Assembly: GCA_001789395.1 (NCBI GenBank)
Contig: MFZK01000014.1
Coordinates: 113,130-167,761 of the forward strand
Length of the DNA stretch: 54,632 nucleotides
Direction: 5' to 3'
Source: Candidatus Roizmanbacteria bacterium RIFCSPHIGHO2_02_FULL_37_13b
Lineage (GTDB): Bacteria > Patescibacteriota > Microgenomatia > UBA1406 > HO2-37-13b
The position numbers were made by a program, and so were the translations under genes. Shown one piece after another: positions 1 through 7,992 of this stretch (its first letter is position 1; every line of letters begins with the position of its first letter). The notes beneath the pieces were generated by a model. The model did no database searches. It was not told the DNA's origin and saw only the letters and a program-made list of their open reading frames with translations.

Positions 1-2
1 CT

Positions 3-125
3 CACGGACAGTTTGGTAAATTACTACGGCAAGAAACAGGAATTAACATAAAGGAGAAAATCTTAAAATTTGACGGTAGGCCAATATGGCCGGAGGAGAT
101 AATTGAGTATGTCAATCTTAAATGA
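3..125 (+). CDS. 2-oxoacid:ferredoxin oxidoreductase alpha subunit, C-terminal fragment (5' end lies outside the window)
   Basis: Frame 3 is open from the window edge to TGA at 123-125 (HGQFGKLLRQETGINIKEKILKFDGRPIWPEEIIEYVNLK). It lies directly upstream of, and overlaps, the TPP-binding beta subunit gene, as in kor/por operons. Confidence 0.55.
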   Translation, partial: HGQFGKLLRQETGINIKEKILKFDGRPIWPEEIIEYVNLK

Positions 126-963
126 TTTTAACGGATACAATCCAACCTGGTGTCCGGGATGCGGCGATTGGGGGATTGGCGTTGCCATAAAATCTGCGTT
201 AGCGCAACTAAACTTTACACCGTCAAAAGTAATGGTGGTATTTGGAATAGGATGTTCGGGTAATATGAATGATTTTCTAAACGCCTATGCAATACATGCT
301 TTACATGGTCGTGCTATTCCAATGGCGATCGGAATGAAAATTGCGAAATCTAAAATGCCGGTACTTTGCATTGTAGGAGACGGAGATTGTTATGGAGAAG
401 GTGGTAACCATTTTTTACATGTTTGCAGGGGAAATCACGATATCACTGTCATTGTTCATGACAACGGGGTCTATGGATTGACGACAGGTCAGGTGGCGCC
501 GACAGCGCAGAAAGGCTTTAAATCTAAATCAACTCCAAATGGAATATTAGAAGTTCCAATAAATCCTTTGTCGCTTGCCATAACTCAAGGCGCGACGTTT
601 GTTGCTCAATCATTCGCGGGTGATACGCCAAAGACAGTTGCTTTGATTAAAGAAGGGATAAGTCATAAAGGCTTTTCAGTAGTTAATATTCTTCAACCCT
701 GTGTCACATTTAATAAAGTAAATACTTACGAATATTATCGCCAAAAAATCTATACACTCCCGGACACTTACGACACATCAAATCGTGAAGCGGCTATTGC
801 TAAATCTATCGAACCGGAGAAAGAGAAATTTCCCATAGGAATTCTTTATAAGATCGAAAGAGCTACATTTACTGATCAGATAGGCTCAATTTCACAAGAT
901 AAAAGTCTACTTGAAAAAGACAGATTTGTTAATTATGATATTCTATTAGAAGACTTCCTCTAG
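109..963 (+). CDS. 2-oxoacid:ferredoxin oxidoreductase beta subunit (TPP-binding)
   Basis: Has the N-terminal CPGCGDWG motif and the TPP motif GDGDCYGEGGNHFLH. GGAGGAG at 91-97 precedes ATG 109; the ORF track starts at TTG 103. Confidence 0.85.
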   Translation: MSILNDFNGYNPTWCPGCGDWGIGVAIKSALAQLNFTPSKVMVVFGIGCSGNMNDFLNAYAIHALHGRAIPMAIGMKIAKSKMPVLCIVGDGDCYGEGGNHFLHVCRGNHDITVIVHDNGVYGLTTGQVAPTAQKGFKSKSTPNGILEVPINPLSLAITQGATFVAQSFAGDTPKTVALIKEGISHKGFSVVNILQPCVTFNKVNTYEYYRQKIYTLPDTYDTSNREAAIAKSIEPEKEKFPIGILYKIERATFTDQIGSISQDKSLLEKDRFVNYDILLEDFL

Positions 964-999
964 CCGGTACAGGGTATAAGAAAAGAGAATGATTACCTA

Positions 1000-1028
1000 T
1001 TGACAATTAGCAATCGGTGTGTTATACT
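1000..1028 (+). promoter_or_regulatory. sigma70-like promoter upstream of lon (TTGACA-17 nt-TATACT)
   Basis: TTGACA at 1000-1005, an exact 17-nt spacer, then TATACT at 1023-1028. The first ATGs are at 1033 and 1039, which implies a very short or absent leader. Confidence 0.45.
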
Positions 1029-1032
1029 GCTA

Positions 1033-3462
1033 ATGACTATGAATTTATTAAGTGGAGCGTCAGAACAGTCTAAGTATCCCATTATTGCTGTTCGTGATGG
1101 CATTGTTTTTCCTTCAACAGAGAATGTACTTCTATTCGGTCGTGAAAAAAGCATCTTAGCGGTTAATGAAGGTTTAAATCATGGGGGAAAAATCGTTATT
1201 GTTATGCAAAAAAACCCCAATGTTAATAATCCAAAAAAGGAGGATCTTTATTCAGTCGGCGTCTTGGCAAATATCGAGAAAGTCTTAAAGGGGGAACGTG
1301 GCGAAATTAGCGCTCTAGTCAAGGGAATAGACAGAGTTAAAATTATTTCGTTCGATAAGCAAGATCCTTTTTTTGAAGGCTTTGTTAAGAAATTAGGTGA
1401 GGAAATCATCGAGACCGAAGAAATTAAAGCCTTAGTTAAACATATAACTAATGAATTGAAAAAAGCGGTCAACTTAGGAAAAAGCGTTGATTTTGTTTTT
1501 TTAATGAACATCATGAGTGGCGTTTCCACAAGAGATTTTTGTGATCAGATTGCAACCGTTCTCGATGTTAAGACCGATGCCAGACAAAAACTGCTTGAAG
1601 AATTGAATCTTAAAAAAAGACTTCAAAAAGAAGCGGAATTAATCAGTAATGAAGTTAAAGTTTTGGAACTGGAGAAAAGCATCTCTGTAAAAACGCAAGA
1701 AAAATTTGAAAAGGGAATGAAAGATGCTGTTTTAAGAGAAAAACTTAAAACAATAGAGAAAGAATTAGGAGATGAAACAAAAGAAGATCGGGAAATCAGA
1801 GAACTTCGTGAACAAATCAAAAAAGCAGGACTTTCGGAAGAAGGTGAAAAAAAAGCTCTTAAAGAACTTAAAAGATTAGCGCAGATGTCTCAATATAATC
1901 CGGAAAGTTCATATATAAGAACGTATCTTGAATGGTTAGTTGATTTACCATGGCATGTGACTTCTTCAACTGATGTTGATATAAAAAAAGCTGAGAAAAT
2001 TTTAAACGCAGATCATTTTGGTCTTAAAAAAATTAAGGAACGAATCCTAGAATATTTAGCAGTAATGAAATTAAAGGAGATGGAGGAAAAAGCAGCTCGG
2101 AAAAAAAGCGCTGCGACTGATAATAAAAATAAACCCAAAGAAAAAGAAAAACAGCCTACGATACTTTGTTTTGTTGGACCGCCTGGTGTTGGAAAGACGT
2201 CTCTTGGTAGGTCTATCGCTCGAGCTCTAAATAGAAAATTTGTCAAAATGTCACTTGGAGGTATTCGAGATGAAGCCGAAATAAGAGGTCATAGGCGGAC
2301 TTATGTTGGTGCTTTGCCAGGGAGAATCGTACAGGGTATAAAGCAGGCTGGTACAAGAAATCCTGTTTTTATGCTTGATGAAATTGATAAAATAGGACGT
2401 GATTACAGGGGAGATCCATCATCAGCACTGCTGGAAGCTTTAGATCCCGAACAAAATCACGCATTTTCAGATCATTACCTCGAAATAGATTTTGATTTAT
2501 CAGATGTAATGTTTGTTACCACTGCTAATATTTTAGATACGATTCCTGATGCACTTCGAGATCGTCTGGAGATAATTCATTTTCCTGGTTATACCGAAGA
2601 TGAAAAATTTCATATTGCTAAGAATTATTTGGTTACCAAACAACTTAAAGCTCATGGATTAAAAGATGCACAAATAAGCGTGACCGACAATGCTTTGAAA
2701 TTAGTGGTGAGGAGATATACCAGAGAGGCGGGAGTGAGGGATTTGGAAAGACAGATAGCTCAAGTGTTTAGAAAAGTTGCTCGTAATATAATAGAAGAAG
2801 GAAAAAAATTTAAGACAATATCTTCTTCTGATTTAATTAAATTCTTAGGACCCTATAAATTCTCCTCTCAAATGATTGAACAGAAAAACACCATTGGTAT
2901 TTCGACTGGATTAGCTTGGACGCAAGCAGGAGGAGATATCTTATTTATTGAGGTTGCTATTATGCCAGGAAAAGGTACGCTTACTCTCACTGGACATCTT
3001 GGCGATGTGATGAAAGAATCTTGTCAAGCGGCGTTGAGTTATATTAGATCTCGTTGGGATTCTTTTAACTTAAAATCAGATTTTTACGAAAAAAAGGAAA
3101 TACACGTTCACGTACCTGAAGGAGCAGTTCCAAAAGATGGACCATCTGCCGGTATCGCAATTGCGACAGCGATGGTGTCGGCATTGACAAAGATTCCGGT
3201 TAACCGAGAAGTAGCCATGACAGGAGAAATCACATTGCGGGGAAGGGTTATGGAAATTGGAGGAGTAAAAGAGAAAGTTATCGCCGCACATAGGGCAGGA
3301 ATAAAAAAAATAATATTATGCAAAGAAAATAAAAAAGATCTTGAAGATATACCCTCATATGTCTTGTCTGATCTCAAATTTGTTTATGTAAATCATATGG
3401 ATCAAGTGATTAAGGAAGCGTTAGTATCTCCAATAAAGGAAGTTTCAAAAAATACCTCTTGA
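1033..3462 (+). CDS. lon: ATP-dependent Lon protease
   Basis: Has a Lon N-terminal domain (YPIIAVRDGIVFPS), Walker A GPPGVGKTS and the catalytic serine motif PKDGPSAG. The TTG at 1000 in the ORF track coincides with the -35 box, so ATG 1033 or 1039 is preferred. Confidence 0.93.
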   Translation: MTMNLLSGASEQSKYPIIAVRDGIVFPSTENVLLFGREKSILAVNEGLNHGGKIVIVMQKNPNVNNPKKEDLYSVGVLANIEKVLKGERGEISALVKGIDRVKIISFDKQDPFFEGFVKKLGEEIIETEEIKALVKHITNELKKAVNLGKSVDFVFLMNIMSGVSTRDFCDQIATVLDVKTDARQKLLEELNLKKRLQKEAELISNEVKVLELEKSISVKTQEKFEKGMKDAVLREKLKTIEKELGDETKEDREIRELREQIKKAGLSEEGEKKALKELKRLAQMSQYNPESSYIRTYLEWLVDLPWHVTSSTDVDIKKAEKILNADHFGLKKIKERILEYLAVMKLKEMEEKAARKKSAATDNKNKPKEKEKQPTILCFVGPPGVGKTSLGRSIARALNRKFVKMSLGGIRDEAEIRGHRRTYVGALPGRIVQGIKQAGTRNPVFMLDEIDKIGRDYRGDPSSALLEALDPEQNHAFSDHYLEIDFDLSDVMFVTTANILDTIPDALRDRLEIIHFPGYTEDEKFHIAKNYLVTKQLKAHGLKDAQISVTDNALKLVVRRYTREAGVRDLERQIAQVFRKVARNIIEEGKKFKTISSSDLIKFLGPYKFSSQMIEQKNTIGISTGLAWTQAGGDILFIEVAIMPGKGTLTLTGHLGDVMKESCQAALSYIRSRWDSFNLKSDFYEKKEIHVHVPEGAVPKDGPSAGIAIATAMVSALTKIPVNREVAMTGEITLRGRVMEIGGVKEKVIAAHRAGIKKIILCKENKKDLEDIPSYVLSDLKFVYVNHMDQVIKEALVSPIKEVSKNTS

Positions 3463-3487
3463 CAATACTCTGTATTTTCTTTATAGT
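3459..3487 (+). promoter_or_regulatory. sigma70-like promoter (TTGACA-17 nt-TATAGT) upstream of the DsbA-like gene
   Basis: TTGACA at 3459-3464 overlaps the lon stop codon. A 17-nt spacer is followed by TATAGT at 3482-3487. Confidence 0.4.
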
Positions 3488-3535
3488 TTTCAGAACCTAA
3501 ATTAATCTGTCGTTAATAATTTAAACAATATATAC

Positions 3536-4354
3536 ATGGAACAATCAAAAAATAATTTAATAGTAATTTTATTAGTTGCAGGTGCTTTCTTATTGGGAAA
3601 TTTGTGGTTTAAAGTTAGCAATCTTGAAAAAAACCAAAAGACTACAACTTCAACCACTACTGAAAAGACTGATACAACAGCGCAGACTACAGATACTCAA
3701 GCTCAGAAAGAAGCTCCAACCGCTGCTCCGGTGGCATTAGATAGCATCAAGTCATTATTTAAGGAGGATCATATAAGTTTTGGTGGCAATAGCAAAAAAT
3801 TGCTTTTTATAGAGATTAGTGATCCCAGTTGTCCATTTTGTCATGTAGCGGGAGGAAAAAATCCAGAACTTTCAGAACAAGTTGATGCGCGATTTAAATA
3901 CAAAGAAAAAGGCGGAGATTATGTCCCACCGGTAACCGAAATGAAAAAATTAGTTGATGCAGGAAAAGCAGGATACGTCTGGATGTATGCCAATGGACAT
4001 GGTAATGGTATATTGGCATCACAAGCTTTATATTGTGCAAATGAAAAAGATAAATTTTGGCCTGTTCATGATCTGTTAATGACAAATAAGGGATATGATT
4101 TACTTAATAATGAAGTGAAAAATGATAAAGCAAATAGCGGGAAATTAGCTGATTTTCTGTCTTCGGCAGTTGATAAAAAATTTCTTACCGATTGTTTGAC
4201 AAGTGGTAAGTATGAAAAAAATCTTACACGAGATGAACAAGAAGCAACCAAACTTGGTTTCCAAGGAACGCCACACTTTTTTGTCAATGCAGTTCCGTTT
4301 GGTGGAGCACAGAACTTTACCACAATGCAACCTGAGGTTGATAAATATCTCTAA
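3536..4354 (+). CDS. membrane-anchored DsbA-like thiol:disulfide oxidoreductase
   Basis: Has an N-terminal TM helix, a Thr/Gln-rich linker, a thioredoxin-fold CPFC active site (SDPSCPFCH) and a C-terminal GTPHFFVN motif typical of the DsbA family. Confidence 0.7.
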   Translation: MEQSKNNLIVILLVAGAFLLGNLWFKVSNLEKNQKTTTSTTTEKTDTTAQTTDTQAQKEAPTAAPVALDSIKSLFKEDHISFGGNSKKLLFIEISDPSCPFCHVAGGKNPELSEQVDARFKYKEKGGDYVPPVTEMKKLVDAGKAGYVWMYANGHGNGILASQALYCANEKDKFWPVHDLLMTNKGYDLLNNEVKNDKANSGKLADFLSSAVDKKFLTDCLTSGKYEKNLTRDEQEATKLGFQGTPHFFVNAVPFGGAQNFTTMQPEVDKYL

Positions 4355-5334
4355 AGGGAAATTTTATCAATTTCCTGATTTAGTTGTGTTTTTTTGATAA
4401 AACCTGATTTAAATAACCCCCAAAAGATTAATGGAGTTATAGCTCTTGCAATCAATCCAAATGGCCATAGAATGGATTGAAGAAGCACAAAGACGATCAC
4501 ACTTATTGCTAAAGGTGCTAACCTGACCATAACGCCCAGTCTACTATTTAAATTCCCTGCAATATTTGTCAATAATTCTTCGATGACAGGACCAAGATCT
4601 ATTTCTCCTGAATTGCTGACTAAAGCTTTTTGAATGGGAATTTGACTTGGGGCTACTCCAAGAAGCTCTTGAGTTTTGGCTTGATCGAAATTCTTCAAAC
4701 TTTCTAATAAGACAAGGCGGATAGCGTCATCTCTGTCAATCGGGACCGACTTATTTTTTAACATAGGTTCAATTTGATTATTTATCTGTTGAGAAAGCTG
4801 TTTATTTATTATTGGTGTGACGGGCTTTATTATTAATCTGACAAATTGTGGTGTAAGTAGATGATTATTCGTTAATAAATCTTTGGTTTGAAAAAAAGCG
4901 ATACAAGCCATCAGTAATATCAAAATGGTAAATCCACTTCTGGCAGACGAGATAAATATTTCATTTGGAGAAAATCGGATGAATAGTTCAGCCCGTTTAA
5001 AACATTGATGATAAATATAAGATAGAAAGAAATAATAAATAAAAAAAGAGGTCATTCCAAGGAAGAGTTCAGAATTGAAAAGAATTAAACAACCGGCAAA
5101 GATAGAAGCGCATAAAGCAAAGACAAGATTCATATGACTTCGATCAGAAAAATCTAGAAGAAAAACGACTATAGCAATAAAATAAGATATACAGACAGAG
5201 AGAATGATCATTGTCAGATTCAACTGAGACTTGCCATCAAAAAATCCAGGAATATCGATTAATGAAAGCGATAGTCCGAGCAGAGTGGTTAAGATGATTA
5301 ACAAAAATAAAAGACCAATTTTCTTTTCTCTCAT
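4351..5334 (-). CDS. polytopic membrane protein, unknown function
   Basis: 327-aa ORF with several hydrophobic helices in the N-terminal half and one or two at the C-terminus. No motif was recognised. It lies downstream of the 472-aa orphan on the same strand. Confidence 0.5.
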   Translation of the reverse strand: MREKKIGLLFLLIILTTLLGLSLSLIDIPGFFDGKSQLNLTMIILSVCISYFIAIVVFLLDFSDRSHMNLVFALCASIFAGCLILFNSELFLGMTSFFIYYFFLSYIYHQCFKRAELFIRFSPNEIFISSARSGFTILILLMACIAFFQTKDLLTNNHLLTPQFVRLIIKPVTPIINKQLSQQINNQIEPMLKNKSVPIDRDDAIRLVLLESLKNFDQAKTQELLGVAPSQIPIQKALVSNSGEIDLGPVIEELLTNIAGNLNSRLGVMVRLAPLAISVIVFVLLQSILWPFGLIARAITPLIFWGLFKSGFIKKTQLNQEIDKISL

Positions 5335-5414
5335 AGATAATTATCCAAGCGATTTTAAGCTTTTATTTTATTAAAGCATAATAAATGTTTTTTTTGAAGA
5401 AGAAATTCTACTTC

Positions 5415-6833
5415 TTAAGTATTTCCGTTTAACAGTTCTAGTGTAGCCTGACGATATGCCATCAATGTTGAAATATCCTCTATTTTAAATCCAGCATCTT
5501 TTTCTGGTGATGATCTCCAAATTCGAATACTACTGTCTCTTTCTGGAATAAGTTCGGTTCGTACCATATGATTGATTCCAGCAAAAGCATGTCCGGGATT
5601 ATTCATAAAACCATCAACATCATAAGCCAATCCCCAACCAATTTCCGGAATTTCAGCTCCAATTTGACCATTGTTTCTTTTGGCCGTGTTATTTGTACCT
5701 AATAAGCGATCTCCTAGAGCATGTATAATATCATCATCTGAACTAGCACCAACGTCTACATCTTCTTTAGGTCTCCACATATGGTTAGGTAGATCTATTT
5801 GATCAGAAGAAATCTCACAAAAGTGATTATCTCTTTCAAATATCCATTTATCATCTTTTTTTACAATACGATACTGATACTTCACTTGCTTTCCTCGTAT
5901 AATTGCATATCCAACGACTTTATCTCCATCTTTGATTGGGTCATTGCTACACCGAGTAAAAATAATTGCTCCATCTCCAAATTCTCTTACTGCGTCAGAT
6001 AAAACATTAAAAAAAGATTGATCGGTAGTACTGTCCTCGGCTATATTTGCTCTAATACGATTTAATGTAGTTTGCTCGGGAGTGATAACCTGTGGATCGA
6101 CAATAACATCTCGGCGTCGACCTTCAGTTAATCTAATTGTCGCCAATCCTCGATTTGCAACAATATTGCTTCTCATTTGATCATATTGTCCTAATTTTTC
6201 CAATAAGTCATCATCAGACAAGTCGGAAAATAGAGTTTGACCAGAAATTTTTTCTAATACGGACAGTTCTCGAGCTACTACAGCGGGAATATTGTCGACA
6301 TCTTGCATATAATTTAATCGTTCTAACATACCACCGGTCGCTGCAAACATGAGCAGTCCCGCAACAAATCGTCTGTCTTGTTCTGATAACATACCCCAAC
6401 TTATCCCATTTTCTTCGATAGTGGTTTGGTCTAATATTTGACTCATTTCTTTACCTCTTTCGGGAAATCTTTGACCTCCTTTTTCAACAATGACGCCATC
6501 TTCTTTATCCGGCATGCCCATAACATGATCAGTAGCACTGAGTCTTTTTATCATAGCTCTCGTTTTTGCAATGGACTCGGGAAAAAAAGATCTTTCACTC
6601 TCGTTTTGATATTGGTATGAATCACTTTGGGTCCAATTATGAACAAATCCTCTTAAATAATCTTCTATAGTAGGGGTTACCTCTAAATCGGGAATATTAT
6701 ATTGTGAATACCAATCGGGACATAAGGAAGTATCAAATCTATCTTGCCCGGAAATTAAAGATAGACCATAAAGAAGACTATTTATTTGAGGGCGTTTTTC
6801 GTGTATATCTACAATAACATTTTGTTCTGTCAT
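5415..6833 (-). CDS. hypothetical cytoplasmic protein, 472 aa, no recognisable family
   Basis: Long uninterrupted ORF that is acidic, with no TM segment or signal peptide. I could not recognise any catalytic or binding motif. Confidence 0.6.
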   Translation of the reverse strand: MTEQNVIVDIHEKRPQINSLLYGLSLISGQDRFDTSLCPDWYSQYNIPDLEVTPTIEDYLRGFVHNWTQSDSYQYQNESERSFFPESIAKTRAMIKRLSATDHVMGMPDKEDGVIVEKGGQRFPERGKEMSQILDQTTIEENGISWGMLSEQDRRFVAGLLMFAATGGMLERLNYMQDVDNIPAVVARELSVLEKISGQTLFSDLSDDDLLEKLGQYDQMRSNIVANRGLATIRLTEGRRRDVIVDPQVITPEQTTLNRIRANIAEDSTTDQSFFNVLSDAVREFGDGAIIFTRCSNDPIKDGDKVVGYAIIRGKQVKYQYRIVKKDDKWIFERDNHFCEISSDQIDLPNHMWRPKEDVDVGASSDDDIIHALGDRLLGTNNTAKRNNGQIGAEIPEIGWGLAYDVDGFMNNPGHAFAGINHMVRTELIPERDSSIRIWRSSPEKDAGFKIEDISTLMAYRQATLELLNGNT

Positions 6834-6839
6834 CTCTAT

Positions 6840-6866
6840 TTGTTATAATTTGTCGAATTATAACAA
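6840..6866. promoter_or_regulatory. perfect 11-bp inverted repeat in a divergent promoter region (candidate operator or 5'-UTR hairpin)
   Basis: TTGTTATAATT-tgtcg-AATTATAACAA. Each arm contains TATAAT when read on its own strand. It begins 7 nt upstream of the start of the 472-aa orphan and lies 47 nt upstream of the GNAT gene. Confidence 0.4.
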
Positions 6867-6912
6867 TAAAATCATTACTTTTTAAAAGCTAATTCTTTTT
6901 GTTGTAGAATTT

Positions 6913-7338
6913 ATGCTAATTCGTGAGGCAAAAGAAAAACAAGATTTTCTATCTTGTTTTTCGGTAATCAAAAAACTTCGACCAAATTTACATCAGTCCG
7001 CATTTTATAAACAAATTTCAGTTCAATCAAAACAAGGATACCGAATAATTTATATCCAAGATAAAAAAAAAGTAGTTGCAATGGCAGGATTTCGTAGTAT
7101 GCAAAACTTAGCATGGGGCAAATTCATTTATATAGATGATCTGATAACACTTGATAAATATCGGTCTAAGGGTTATGGACAAAAACTGTTTGAGTGGATA
7201 CTAAAACATGCAATAAAAAATGAATTCGATCAACTTCATCTTGATTCAGGAGTTATGCGCTACGGTGCTCATAGATTTTACCTACGAAATAAAATGATTA
7301 TTTCTTCGCATCATTTTGCGTTGGATCTCAAAAAATAG
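6913..7338 (+). CDS. GNAT family N-acetyltransferase
   Basis: 141 aa. The acetyl-CoA binding motif A is present (YRSKGYGQKLFEWILKHA). Confidence 0.75.
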   Translation: MLIREAKEKQDFLSCFSVIKKLRPNLHQSAFYKQISVQSKQGYRIIYIQDKKKVVAMAGFRSMQNLAWGKFIYIDDLITLDKYRSKGYGQKLFEWILKHAIKNEFDQLHLDSGVMRYGAHRFYLRNKMIISSHHFALDLKK

Positions 7339-7412
7339 TGCCGCCAGCGAGATTTGAACTCGCGGTCTTCTGGATGAGAACCAGATATCCTAGGCCACTA
7401 GACGATGGCGGC
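7339..7412 (-). tRNA. tRNA-Glu (anticodon CTC)
   Basis: The reverse complement GCCGCCATCGTCTAGTGGCCTAGGATATCTGGTTCTCATCCAGAAGACCGCGAGTTCAAATCTCGCTGGCGGCA folds as a cloverleaf. The acceptor is GCCGCCA/TGGCGGC, the anticodon stem TCTGG/CCAGA with loop TTCTCAT, and the T-arm GCGAG-TTCAAAT-CTCGC. No CCA is encoded. Confidence 0.85.
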
Positions 7413-7422
7413 AATTCAATCA

Positions 7423-7456
7423 CCATCAGTCGAGTTTGACTCGACGATGGCGGCAA
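7423..7456. repeat. hairpin containing a 17-nt near-duplicate of the tRNA-Glu 5' end
   Basis: ctcgacgatggcggcaa (7440-7456) matches ctagacgatggcggcaa (7398-7414) at 16 of 17 positions. The copy pairs with 7423-7434 to form the hairpin CCATC(A)GTCGAG-tttga-CTCGACGATGG. Confidence 0.4.
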
Positions 7457-7460
7457 ACGG

Positions 7461-7489
7461 TTGACATTGTATTCAAAATATAGTATATT
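7461..7489 (+). promoter_or_regulatory. sigma70-like promoter of greA (TTGACA-17 nt-TATATT)
   Basis: TTGACA at 7461-7466, a 17-nt spacer, then TATATT at 7484-7489. Confidence 0.5.
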
Positions 7490-7505
7490 TTAGCATAATT
7501 AGAAA

Positions 7506-7530
7506 GACCCCGAATGGGGGTCAATTTTTT
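7506..7530 (+). promoter_or_regulatory. terminator-like hairpin plus T-tract in the greA leader, abutting the start codon
   Basis: GACCCC-gaatg-GGGGTC at 7506-7522 is followed by AATTTTTT, then ATG at 7531. The only purine-rich SD-like stretch (GGGGG) lies within the 3' arm. Confidence 0.4.
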
Positions 7531-7992
7531 ATGCTAAATAAAGTAATTTTAACCAAAGAAGGTTTCGAAAAATTAAATCAAGAGCTAGATGTCTTGAAAA
7601 ATCAAAAAAGACCTCAAGCAGTAGAGACTTTAAAAAAGGCCCGTGAAATGGGTGATTTGTCAGAAAATAACGCCTATACCAGTGCTAAGGAAGAATTAGG
7701 ATTTGTCGATAGTCGAATCTTAGAACTTGAAGACAAATTAAATAATGCTCAAATAATGGAAGAAAATAACAATTCTTCTCATGTTGTAATTGGTAGTATT
7801 GTCGATGTTTCGTCTGACAATCAAGTATTTACATATACTATTGTGAGTCAAGAAGAGTCAGATCTTCAACACAACAAGATTTCTAATAAATCTCCTTTAG
7901 GTATGTCACTTATGGGTAAAAAAAAGAATGATATTGTTGATGTAGTTACACCGATCAATGTCGATCGCTACAAAATAGTGAGTATTAAATAA
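7531..7992 (+). CDS. greA: transcription elongation factor GreA
   Basis: 153 aa. It has an N-terminal coiled-coil (LTKEGFEKLNQELDVLK...GDLSENNAYTSAKEE) and a C-terminal FKBP-like domain. Confidence 0.92.
   Translation: MLNKVILTKEGFEKLNQELDVLKNQKRPQAVETLKKAREMGDLSENNAYTSAKEELGFVDSRILELEDKLNNAQIMEENNNSSHVVIGSIVDVSSDNQVFTYTIVSQEESDLQHNKISNKSPLGMSLMGKKKNDIVDVVTPINVDRYKIVSIK

Noticed and set aside
1000-1032. TTG start at 1000 for lon (MTISNRCVILL...)
   Set aside because: The TTG is the first base triplet of a consensus TTGACA -35 box with a correctly spaced TATACT. The conserved Lon N-domain begins after the ATGs at 1033 and 1039.
3536-4354. Two DsbA-like genes (also 40392-41039) as a special redox system
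   Set aside because: Each is a standard membrane-anchored CxxC thioredoxin-fold protein. No DsbB/VKOR partner or unusual domain is present in the window, so there is nothing beyond ordinary envelope disulfide formation.
5391-5420. Possible terminator hairpin (AAGAAG...CTTCTT) at the 3' end of the 472-aa orphan gene
   Set aside because: The stem is only 6 bp and AT-rich. It is followed on the transcribed strand by an A-run rather than a U-run, and the downstream membrane-protein gene is probably co-transcribed.
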